Below, piece by piece: positions 10,397 through 19,439 of a stretch of 64,000 nt of DNA (positions within the stretch are counted from its first letter, which is position 1; each line of letters begins with the position of its first letter). The notes beneath the pieces were generated by a model. That model had not been told where the DNA came from. It made no database searches and saw only the letters and a list, made by a program, of their open reading frames with translations. The translations under genes and the position numbers were made by a program. The stretch is from Promethearchaeota archaeon (GTDB lineage: Archaea; Asgardarchaeota; Lokiarchaeia; Sigyniarchaeales; SOKP01): NCBI GenBank assembly GCA_019058445.1, contig JAHPZA010000008.1, forward strand, positions 10,315 through 74,314, in the 5' to 3' direction.

Positions 10397-11791
10397 ATGA
10401 GTGAATCAACTAAAGAGGTAAAATACTCAAAAAAGGTACACTGGTCATATGGGATAGGTGGTTTTTTAGACAACTTTATGCTTGCAGCCTTTACAGTGAG
10501 AATTATTGATTTTTATGAAAATGAGCTTTTATTGGCAATTTTTTGGGTTGGACTAGCTTTCGGAATATACGGCTTCTGGAATATGATCAATGATCCCCTA
10601 TTAGGTTTTTTATCTGATAGAAAAACTCGTTTTACAGAAAAATATGGAAGGAGATATCCATTCTACTTGATAGGAGCTCTGACATATGCATGGATTTTTT
10701 TGTTTGTTTTCACGGTACCTTTCACTGATCAAATTGGTATGTTCATCTGGCTTCTAGTTACTATATGCATTTTTGAAGGTCTATTTACACTTTGGCAGAT
10801 CAATTATTTATCGCTGTTCCCTGACAAGTTTCGTTCACCCATGGAAAGAACAAAAGTTGGTGTTACTAATACTGTATGGGGATTGATTGGTATTGTTTTA
10901 GGAGTTGCATTGCCACCAATGTTAATTACTTATGGAGATATCCAAAGTTATATAATTATGGCAATGGCAGTTACGATAATTTGTTTTATTTTAGCAATCT
11001 TTTCAATACCAGGTATGAAGGAGGACCAAGAATTAATTGATCGACAACTAAAAATTTTGGAAGAACAAAAAGATAAAGTATCATTTTGGCAAACTCTAAA
11101 ACATGCTATGAAAAATCGGAACTTTGTGGCATATGTATTGACATATATGGGGCATTTAGTAATGACGACCATGATGTTAGCTTCATTGCCATATTGGAAT
11201 AAATATATAATTGGTTCAGATGATCCTGAATTAGAAACAATCTTAGCAGCGGGATTTTTAGTAGCAGTACTCATATCAGTTCCAATATGGAGTAAAATTG
11301 GACAAAAATATGGGAATAAAAACGCATTTATGATGGGAACTCTTTTAACGACATTTCTCTTTATTCCAATGTTTTTCATCAGTGATTTATTATTGAGCAC
11401 GATCTTTATTGCGTTAATCGGTGTTGGTATAGGGGCTATTTGGGTGTTGATGTATCCTTGTTTCTCAGATGTAATTGACGAGATTGTGATAGAAACTGAA
11501 AAGCGACAAGAGGGGGTTTATACAGGGATTAGAACTTTTTTTGGAAGATTTCCTATTGTGATCCAAGCTATCGCATTTATGGTCGTACATCCACTTACAG
11601 GGTATAGGGCAGGTGCACCTCCAGGACAAAGCTCTCAGACATTATTAGCACAATTTGGAATTCGATTTCTAATGGCAGGACTTCCGATGATCTTCTATTT
11701 TATAGGATTTCTATTAATGTGGAAGGTCTACACGTTAGATAAGGCTTGTGTAGCGGAGAATAAGGAATTACTACAAAGAAAACTTCTTTAA
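10397..11791 (+). CDS. MFS transporter, GPH (glycoside-pentoside-hexuronide:cation symporter) family
   Basis: 'WNMINDPLLGFLSDR...GRRYP', 'DVIDE...KRQEGVY'; ATG at 10397 preferred over GTG at 10385. Confidence 0.9.
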   Translation: MSESTKEVKYSKKVHWSYGIGGFLDNFMLAAFTVRIIDFYENELLLAIFWVGLAFGIYGFWNMINDPLLGFLSDRKTRFTEKYGRRYPFYLIGALTYAWIFLFVFTVPFTDQIGMFIWLLVTICIFEGLFTLWQINYLSLFPDKFRSPMERTKVGVTNTVWGLIGIVLGVALPPMLITYGDIQSYIIMAMAVTIICFILAIFSIPGMKEDQELIDRQLKILEEQKDKVSFWQTLKHAMKNRNFVAYVLTYMGHLVMTTMMLASLPYWNKYIIGSDDPELETILAAGFLVAVLISVPIWSKIGQKYGNKNAFMMGTLLTTFLFIPMFFISDLLLSTIFIALIGVGIGAIWVLMYPCFSDVIDEIVIETEKRQEGVYTGIRTFFGRFPIVIQAIAFMVVHPLTGYRAGAPPGQSSQTLLAQFGIRFLMAGLPMIFYFIGFLLMWKVYTLDKACVAENKELLQRKLL

Positions 11792-11924
11792 CTTATTATA
11801 AAATAAATTTTTTATTTTTTTTTCTTTATGTTTTAGGATAAAAATATTTAGTAATCAGAACAATTTATTAACACTGGGGCTTAAAACGGACTATTAATTA
11901 AATAAAAAAAAATATATTTTAAAA

Positions 11925-12299
11925 TTATTTTACCTGCGCAATAGCTTCGATTTCAACCACCATTCCGGCTGCTGGGAATTGTGAAACCTCAACTGTGGTC
12001 CTTGCAGGAAAATTTTCAGTCACTCCATTGTCTTCGAAAAATTTCTTATAAGTTCTGTTCATTTTTCCGAAGTCCTTCATATCTTTTAAAAATACCGTAG
12101 TTTTCACGATATTTTCGACCTTTAGACCTGCAGCCTCCACGATCGCTTTCACATTTTGAAGCGTCGTTTGGGTTTGGTCTTTAATATTATCTGTCCCCGC
12201 AGCAGGACCTTGACCTGAGACGAAAAGTAAAGTACCAGTCTTAACGCCTGGAGTATAAGGGCCGGCGACAGGGGTACCTGGTCTTATATATTCAGCCAT
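11925..12299 (-). CDS. ridA: RidA/YjgF family enamine/imine deaminase
   Basis: GPY, SGQ, KTTVFL, FPARTTVEV (catalytic Arg), VEIEAIA. Confidence 0.9.
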   Translation of the reverse strand: MAEYIRPGTPVAGPYTPGVKTGTLLFVSGQGPAAGTDNIKDQTQTTLQNVKAIVEAAGLKVENIVKTTVFLKDMKDFGKMNRTYKKFFEDNGVTENFPARTTVEVSQFPAAGMVVEIEAIAQVK

Positions 12300-12322
12300 A
12301 TTTTAATTTACACCTTTTTATT

Positions 12323-13402
12323 TTAATAACTTTTTCCTCGAGCAGATATTTCCCATCTTCCCACATATTCATTATCTTTTACAATATGTATATAGTCGTA
12401 TAGATTTATTGAAGTGCATATATGGGCGGGAAAAAATTCAATTTTATGTCCTATTTCTAAACCCTCTGCTCCTATTGCTTTAAATTGTGTATGCTCTTCA
12501 TTCATAACCCTAATTTTGGATTTAGGAAACTCTTTAAAAACTGGTTTACCATCTCCGGTTGCAATTGCTTTAGCTCCTGCGTCGGTCGTAAATTCTTTTT
12601 TTCCAGTTTGATTTTGTATTGTACCTAATATGGTAACTGCCAATTCAAAATCTGATTCTACCATATGAAGATGCTCATCTGAAAATACGTAAGTTCCTGG
12701 TCGTATTTCAGTAATTCCGTCGTATTTTGCAGCATACTTATATGTTCCGGAGCCTGCTGTTGAAATATGATTTATGCCAAATCCGTTTTTATTTAATAAA
12801 TCTCTTGTATCAACAATTTTCTTATAACATTCATTCGCCATTTTTTCTTTTTGTTCCAAGTTCATCATTGGAGTCAAATGACCTTCATACCCATGTAATC
12901 CTATAAGCTTTAAATTGTCCGTTTTTTTAATAAAATTCGCCATCTCAAGTGCAGGTTCACCAGGTTGCACTCCAGATCTTCCTAATCCAAGGTCTATATC
13001 CAGAAGAACTTCCAATTCAGTATTATTTTTTACGGCAATCTTACTTAGATCCATTATATTTTTTTGTGAATCAACAGCACAACTAATCTTAATATATTTG
13101 CTTAATTTTGCCAATCTGTCTATATGTGAGGGATTAATAACTTGATTAGCAATATAAATATCATCTATGCCGCTCTGGGCAAAAACCTCAGCTTCTCCTA
13201 CTTTTGCAACGGTAATCCCTTTACATCCTGCCTTAAGCTGCATATGTGCAATAATCGGACATTTGTGGGTTTTTACATGTGGTCTATGATTCACATTGTT
13301 ATCTCGCGCAAATTTTGCCATTGTTTCAATATTCTTCTGCATGATGTTATAATTCAGCACCAGAGCAGGGGTAGGGATCTCATCTTTCCAACTGTCATCC
13401 AT
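12323..13402 (-). CDS. DSD1-family fold-type III PLP enzyme (D-serine dehydratase / D-threonine aldolase-like)
   Basis: RPHVKTHK PLP lysine, GYEGH, EIRPGTYVF, DAGAK, EEH, PAHIC metal site. Confidence 0.9.
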   Translation of the reverse strand: MDDSWKDEIPTPALVLNYNIMQKNIETMAKFARDNNVNHRPHVKTHKCPIIAHMQLKAGCKGITVAKVGEAEVFAQSGIDDIYIANQVINPSHIDRLAKLSKYIKISCAVDSQKNIMDLSKIAVKNNTELEVLLDIDLGLGRSGVQPGEPALEMANFIKKTDNLKLIGLHGYEGHLTPMMNLEQKEKMANECYKKIVDTRDLLNKNGFGINHISTAGSGTYKYAAKYDGITEIRPGTYVFSDEHLHMVESDFELAVTILGTIQNQTGKKEFTTDAGAKAIATGDGKPVFKEFPKSKIRVMNEEHTQFKAIGAEGLEIGHKIEFFPAHICTSINLYDYIHIVKDNEYVGRWEISARGKSY

Positions 13403-13657
13403 GAATTTTAACTCCTTTTAGAAATTCGATTTTAATAATTGTAAAAAAGCAAAATAATAATTAAATATTTATTAATGCAAAACCGAATAATCTATTTAAT
13501 AATTCTAAGAAAATGATGAACTAAATGGATAAATCTGAAGGCAGTTCTAATAATATAAATCTTTCAAGTAAGACAAACAAACCAAAATCTGCTTAGAGAA
13601 CGGGGTCTTTAGTAATAGAAATAATAAAAAGTAAAAAAATAAAGAGAAATCGAAGTT

Positions 13658-14371
13658 TTATTTTTCAATTTGCTTTCCTACACCGTAATATAGTAAGAAC
13701 GCTGTAGCGTAAAGGGTTAAACCTAATATCGATGTCATTAATCTAAATGACGGATCGTTCAAATAATTCGAAACAGAAGATATATATAGAATAGCAAAAT
13801 AGCCTAGAATTGCCAAAATATAAAAGAGCCATTTCTTTTTTATGATTTCATCTTCAAATTTTTTATAGACTTCTACCGAATAGTAGATTGTTGGTATTAT
13901 ACAAAAACTAATGACTATAAGAGCATATATCAAAAATGTTAAGGACCATACAGGTTTCCAATTCGTAGAAGCATCAATAGTTATTCCGCCGTACCATCCA
14001 ATTGGCGCTAAAACAAGTAATGCACCTCCGTAGATTATTGCTATAAGGTTGTGTTTCTTAACGGTAAAAACCTTCTCTGACTTTAAGACAATTAGAGTAA
14101 ATATCAATAAATATACCATGGCGAAACAGAATAAGTAGTATGTTATAAAATGTAATATTTTTACCAATGGATTTACATTCAGCGAAACATACACGACATT
14201 AACAATCGTTGCAGAGGCAGATAAAAGATAAAATGTACTAAAAAGTTGGTTTAACCTTTTTGTATCTCTTCTCAGAATCATTAGACCGAAGATAATATAA
14301 ATAATTCCCATACCCAGCTGAACAATATAAATCTGGATAAACCTGGCTGTATCTACTTGAAAAAGTACCAT
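13658..14371 (-). CDS. Stand-alone 7TM membrane protein (HisKA_7TM-like sensor domain, no output domain)
   Basis: About 7 hydrophobic helices; 'RRDTKRLNQLF' after TM1 resembles 7TM histidine-kinase N-termini. Confidence 0.7.
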   Translation of the reverse strand: MVLFQVDTARFIQIYIVQLGMGIIYIIFGLMILRRDTKRLNQLFSTFYLLSASATIVNVVYVSLNVNPLVKILHFITYYLFCFAMVYLLIFTLIVLKSEKVFTVKKHNLIAIIYGGALLVLAPIGWYGGITIDASTNWKPVWSLTFLIYALIVISFCIIPTIYYSVEVYKKFEDEIIKKKWLFYILAILGYFAILYISSVSNYLNDPSFRLMTSILGLTLYATAFLLYYGVGKQIEK

Positions 14372-14822
14372 AATATCAATCCTTTTTTATTTGTTATATC
14401 TTTTAATATTGATTATAGTTGTTTAGTTATAGAAGTATAAATACATTGTTAAATAAAAATCCTAAATAATTTCATTAAAAATTTTTAAGGTTTACTTTAC
14501 AACAAAATTATAAAAGCTATTAGATAACTTTATTTCGATTTCCAACTAGATATATCAATGATCAAATTTCTATAACAAAATATTTGAAAGCTGAATATAT
14601 TTTTCAGAGTTTCATTACAAAAATCACTAGAGATTAGAGTTTTTTGTCATTCGAATTTATTAAAACATTTTTTCTCAAATTCAAATCTAATATTGAAACA
14701 TCAGTAAAAAAAAGATAAATTTAAATTCGAGATTGGTTTTATTTATTCTTAAAATCGTATACATTTAAAACTCTCATAATTTAACAATTTAAATTATATA
14801 TCCTCTATATAAAGCAGATCGG

Positions 14823-15773
14823 ATGTCAAGCGTAGAAGAGATATTTAATGATATGGCGCAGGAATATGACGATTTATCCGATTTGTGGTATTCATGGTTT
14901 TTTTCGCGGCTTCATTATTTTATAGCTAATAAAATTATTCATAAAAATAATAAGAAGAAAGTTTTAGATATCGGATGTGGAACGGGATTTCAATCTTATC
15001 TATATTCAGCTGCGGGTTATAATGTAATTGGGATAGATATTGCGAATAATCTTCTTGATATTGCCAAACAAAAAAACCAAATTTTTAATCCTGATAGGGT
15101 TGAATTATTCCCAGAATATTACGATTATGTTACACGATATAATCAAAAAATAAGAAAAATCCTCAAAAAAAAAATTGGTAACATTAAATATTTACCTCCT
15201 AAATTTCATTTCGGTGATGCCCAGAATATAATTTATAATGATAGTGATTTTGATCACATAAATTGTTGCGGTAGTACTCTAAGTTTTGTCCCGAAACATA
15301 AAAAAGCAATATCAGAAATGGCAAGAGTCTTAAAACCTGGTGGAACTTTTCTTATAGATGTAGAACATAAATGGAATTTTAATTTTTTATGGTATATTTT
15401 AGATCCCTTAGTTCGAGGAAAACTCCAAATAAATAATAGTATTAGACAAGGATTAAAATTTTTAGCTAAAAAGTTTACTCGTAATATTTGGATTAATTTT
15501 CCTTTTGGTGAATTCAATAATCCCGTAAACATGATTTTAAAACTATTTACGACTTATTCCTTAAAAAGAGACTTAATGAAATATGGATTAAAAGTAGAAA
15601 AAAAATTTTCAATTCATTCCCTCACTAATTTAATTCCTTGTACCTTTCTTGATAGCCTTAAACCTTCTAAAAAACTAGTATCCCTTTTTAAATTTTTAGC
15701 AAAATTAGAAGAAAAACTTCCATGCTATTTACCTGGATCTATTCTAGTATTATATGGTAAAAAAGTAAAATAA
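14823..15773 (+). CDS. Class I SAM-dependent methyltransferase (UbiE-like, with insertion)
   Basis: VLDIGCGTG, GIDI, GDAQ, FD, RVLKPGG. Confidence 0.85.
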   Translation: MSSVEEIFNDMAQEYDDLSDLWYSWFFSRLHYFIANKIIHKNNKKKVLDIGCGTGFQSYLYSAAGYNVIGIDIANNLLDIAKQKNQIFNPDRVELFPEYYDYVTRYNQKIRKILKKKIGNIKYLPPKFHFGDAQNIIYNDSDFDHINCCGSTLSFVPKHKKAISEMARVLKPGGTFLIDVEHKWNFNFLWYILDPLVRGKLQINNSIRQGLKFLAKKFTRNIWINFPFGEFNNPVNMILKLFTTYSLKRDLMKYGLKVEKKFSIHSLTNLIPCTFLDSLKPSKKLVSLFKFLAKLEEKLPCYLPGSILVLYGKKVK

Positions 15774-15836
15774 ACAAATTTAATAAAGCTTAAGTCTAAT
15801 CTATAAGGTATGATACTATTTTAAAATTAATGCATT

Positions 15837-16826
15837 TTAAATTAGCTTCAATCTCTGGAGTAAACCAGTAACTAAAATAGGGAGAGCAATAGTGGCATCA
15901 CACCAAACACTAACATAATTTGAATCTAAAGAATATTTTCCCCATGATTTAGATTCAGATATAGTACAACCAGAAAGGCCCCCGTCATATTCAGTAGCAG
16001 TATGGATCCTGACGGAATAATTATACCCCATTGTTTCGATATTATCGATCTGGTCAAGTAAGGGAAAGATTTGTTGAGCCCAGTTCCTTGGAACACCACC
16101 CCCAATCACTATAGTCCCATACTTTTTAGAAGTTTTTATTAAATCTCCGAAATTTAAAACATCCTTTAAAATATCAAATTGAAAGTTATAATCATCTCTT
16201 TTTGAATATTTTATAAGATTTAGGGCTAATTCAGAGTCCGAAAAAGCGGGTACATAAATAGGGATGGCATTTTCAGAGGCAACAGATATAATACTCCTCT
16301 TTTGTATTTTATCTCCGAGAAGTTTTAGAAATTCTGAGGGTGTTAAGCGTATATCCTTAGATTTAAATGTGTCTTGAATTATTTTAAATAATGCTTCTTC
16401 AGCTGATTGGTAATTCTCTTCAGGAAGAAATACATCATAAATTCGATTTATACGATATTCAAATAATTCATTATCATCAACAAATGGACTCCCTATATAG
16501 TGACCTTGATGTGCAAAAATATCAACAATATCATGTATAATATTTGCTCCAGTCGTAACTAAAACATCTATTAATTTATATTCCATTAATACGCATATAA
16601 GCTCCCCCATCCCTGCTGGAACCATAGCTCCACTCAATGTTAAAACAGTGAGACATTCTTGGTTTGTGACCATTTTTTCCAAAATATCAAGGGCTTGTCC
16701 TAAATTGCGACCCTGAAATCCACAATATCTAAGAGCTGATAAAAGATCATCTATGTTAGAGACTCTTTTCACATCAAGGGGTTGAATTTTTTTTAATAAG
16801 TAGTCTTCCTTCTTATGATATTCCAT
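15837..16826 (-). CDS. dys: Deoxyhypusine synthase family protein
   Basis: GFQGRNLG, SGAMVPAG, TTGAN, RIYDV, GGGVP, DGGLSG, SWGK active-site lysine, DATI. Confidence 0.9.
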   Translation of the reverse strand: MEYHKKEDYLLKKIQPLDVKRVSNIDDLLSALRYCGFQGRNLGQALDILEKMVTNQECLTVLTLSGAMVPAGMGELICVLMEYKLIDVLVTTGANIIHDIVDIFAHQGHYIGSPFVDDNELFEYRINRIYDVFLPEENYQSAEEALFKIIQDTFKSKDIRLTPSEFLKLLGDKIQKRSIISVASENAIPIYVPAFSDSELALNLIKYSKRDDYNFQFDILKDVLNFGDLIKTSKKYGTIVIGGGVPRNWAQQIFPLLDQIDNIETMGYNYSVRIHTATEYDGGLSGCTISESKSWGKYSLDSNYVSVWCDATIALPILVTGLLQRLKLI

Positions 16827-16901
16827 ATATAGTAAAATACTTTAAATATTAATAATTTTATTTATATTAATAATATTAAATAACTAATAAATTACCGAAT
16901 T

Positions 16902-17450
16902 ATGTCTCTAGTTCCAAATACTGTATTTTTTACGAAGGGTAAAGGATACCATAAATCAGAATTAGGCTCTTTCGAACAAGCCTTACGTGATGCTAGTATT
17001 GAAAAGTATAATATAGTATCTGTATCATCTATTCTTCCTCCGTATTGTATTGAGATTCCAAAAAAAGATGGGTTAGCTCAACTCCGTTCTGGACAAATTG
17101 TATATTCAGTCATGAGCCGTGTTTCGAGCAATGAGTACAATCGCTTGATTTGTGCTTCTATTGGTGTAGCGAAACCTGCGGACCAGAGAACCTATGGCTA
17201 TTTGAGTGAACATCATGCTTTTGGCACAAAACCTGAAAATGCGGGAGATTTTGCTGAAGATTTAGCTGCGGAAATGTTAGCTACAACATTGGGCGTAGCT
17301 TTTGATCCCGAAGCGAATTATGATGAAAAGAAAGAAATTTATAAAATGGACGGGAAAATTGTAGAGACTAAAAATATCACAGAATCAGCCACAGTTAGGG
17401 AAGAGGGGGAGTGGCTCACAGTATTAGCCGCTGCCGTCTTTATAATATAA
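16902..17450 (+). CDS. pdaD: Pyruvoyl-dependent arginine decarboxylase
   Basis: SFEQALRDA, NIVSVSSILPP (Ser-Ser autocleavage site), GYLSE, terminal AAAVF. Confidence 0.92.
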   Translation: MSLVPNTVFFTKGKGYHKSELGSFEQALRDASIEKYNIVSVSSILPPYCIEIPKKDGLAQLRSGQIVYSVMSRVSSNEYNRLICASIGVAKPADQRTYGYLSEHHAFGTKPENAGDFAEDLAAEMLATTLGVAFDPEANYDEKKEIYKMDGKIVETKNITESATVREEGEWLTVLAAAVFII

Positions 17451-17530
17451 TTAGAATTTTATACTTTTATTTTCTTTCCTATTTAATTAAGAATAATTTT
17501 AATTATTCGAATATTATATAATCTTAGACC

Positions 17531-18658
17531 ATGCATACGATTGTTGGCGAAGCAGTTTTTATCAGATTATATGATGTTGGCAGATCTATTGATTTAAACA
17601 GAGTTTTATCTGTTTTGCCAGGAATTCGTGACCGGAAATTTATAAGAACAAAAGATACTCCACCATATATTTTTATTCCAGAAACAATATCTCTAACAAT
17701 ACACCATGATTTTGAGAAAAATCCAACATCAATTAGTAAGTTAGAACTTGAAATTAAGTTATATGAATATGGGGTTATTTCTTTCATCGCAAAACTGAAC
17801 GTTAAGGAATTTCCATTAGAACAAATGCATAAAATTAGAAAAATGGAATTTAGGATTTCAGAAAGCCTTTTAACAATTGATAAATATCTGGATAGCTATT
17901 ATCATAAAATTTATAGCCAAATCGAAGTATTTATTGATAAAACGATATATGGGTTTAACCCTCCAGAAGAAGAAAATTATGCTTGCTTCTGTATTACTAA
18001 TGATGTGGGTGATCCATATGAATTTATTAAAAAACATAAAGAATATCTCGCAGCATTTTTAATGGGAGAGTCACCTGAATTAAATCTTCACTATAGTCAG
18101 GTTAAAAGCACATTAAACTATCCATTTTCCTTTTTAAAGAATGACCTTGTTATATTTGATCTTGATCGTTGTTTAATAATTGATCCTAACCAAGATTATG
18201 ACGATATTCTATTAATCGTAGAACTTGCGAATTATCAATTACTCGAATTACGAACACTCGATCATTTCCTAGATGAAAGCTTAGATATTGCAGAAAATGA
18301 TATTCGTTCAATATTTTTTGACAGATTTAAATTATGGAAAAAGCTAAATAAAAGATTAGGTCAGCTCTTTCGATTGAGAATCGATATGGAATTCATTTTA
18401 GATAATATCGAGAATGTTTCAAAAATCATAGGAGATTATTTTTTAGCTCAAATATTAACCTTTCTGAGCGATTTATTTCAATTGGACAAGTGGACTACTA
18501 GTATTCGCAATCGTTTGAATCTTTTAGATAATTTATATAGCACAGCAAAAACCAGTGCTAATGAAAGAATTTTATTAATAGTAGAAATACTTTTAGGTGT
18601 AGTTTTTACTTTAGAATTCATTTTATTTTTAATAGAATTCTTATATTTATTTATCTAA
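17531..18658 (+). CDS. Hypothetical protein, RMD1/DUF155- or CorA-like architecture with a C-terminal TM helix
   Basis: Long ORF; 'ELANYQLLELRTLD' helical region and terminal 'LIVEILLGVVFTLE' helix. Confidence 0.55.
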   Translation: MHTIVGEAVFIRLYDVGRSIDLNRVLSVLPGIRDRKFIRTKDTPPYIFIPETISLTIHHDFEKNPTSISKLELEIKLYEYGVISFIAKLNVKEFPLEQMHKIRKMEFRISESLLTIDKYLDSYYHKIYSQIEVFIDKTIYGFNPPEEENYACFCITNDVGDPYEFIKKHKEYLAAFLMGESPELNLHYSQVKSTLNYPFSFLKNDLVIFDLDRCLIIDPNQDYDDILLIVELANYQLLELRTLDHFLDESLDIAENDIRSIFFDRFKLWKKLNKRLGQLFRLRIDMEFILDNIENVSKIIGDYFLAQILTFLSDLFQLDKWTTSIRNRLNLLDNLYSTAKTSANERILLIVEILLGVVFTLEFILFLIEFLYLFI

Positions 18659-18831
18659 AGATAAGAATTAATTCGGATAATATAAAATATTACTTACTTA
18701 TTTTAAAAAGAAGATCATAGAATTTGCTACAAATAATAGAAATGTTTAAATAAAATATTTGTTATATAATAAAATTGATATAACCTATTATTTAAGAACA
18801 TAATTAAATCTCAGAATAAGGTGGTAGAAAA

Positions 18832-19047
18832 ATGATGATTGATGAGGTTACCGGTCCTAAAAAGGGAAAGAAATCTAACGATGACTACGATGATGATGAC
18901 GATGAGTGGGATGATGACGAGGATTGGGAAGATTATGATGAAGAAGATTGGGACAACGATGGTGATTACGAAGATGAGTGGGATGAGAATGCCGTGGGTG
19001 ATATAGATGGATATGGGTCTCCCGATTATTATGATGACCGCTTCTAA
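18832..19047 (+). CDS. Small, extremely acidic protein with repeated D/E-W motifs
   Basis: SD-like AAGGTGG upstream; GAT/GAC/GAA codon periodicity and higher GC than the flanks. Confidence 0.7.
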   Translation: MMIDEVTGPKKGKKSNDDYDDDDDEWDDDEDWEDYDEEDWDNDGDYEDEWDENAVGDIDGYGSPDYYDDRF

Positions 19048-19216
19048 AGACACCCTTGAAAGACAGGCTAGAATAGATCTCATGTAACTAATTCAATAAA
19101 TAAAAAATTTTTTTGATAACTGCTTTTATCTTTTAAAATTAACATTATAAATATTATACCAACTCATTTTATATACATTCAAATTTTAAACATGAAAATA
19201 TAGTGATTCAAACAAG

Positions 19217-19348
19217 GTGAATGAAAGCTCAAAGAAGCTTGAAGAAGATAAGGTGAAATATACCTCTCTAACTCTTTGGTCACATGGTCTTGGAGGATTT
19301 TTCACAAATTTCATAAATGTTGTTAAGGGTATTTTTTCCTTTTTTTAA
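19217..19348 (+). pseudogene. 5' stub of a GPH-family MFS transporter
   Basis: Translates MNESSKKLEEDKVKYTSLTLWSHGLGGFFTNF..., matching MSESTKEVKYSKKVHWSYGIGGFLDNF of 10397..11791, then stops after 43 aa. Confidence 0.7.
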
Positions 19349-19439
19349 TCTAACGTTCTAAAATAAAAGAACTTTAATCAAAACTTAAATTTTAATTCAT
19401 AAATCTTAATTAAATTGAATTTAAAATTAAGAAAATAAG

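Noticed and set aside
13512-13597. ATGATGA...CTGA resembling a C/D box sRNA, overlapping a 23-aa ORF (MDKSEGSS...)
   Set aside because: No C'/D' pair or terminal stem, and no recognisable homology for the ORF.
18811-19083. 90-aa Ile-rich hydrophobic ORF on the minus strand
   Set aside because: Antisense shadow of GAT repeats in the acidic protein gene, which has the SD.
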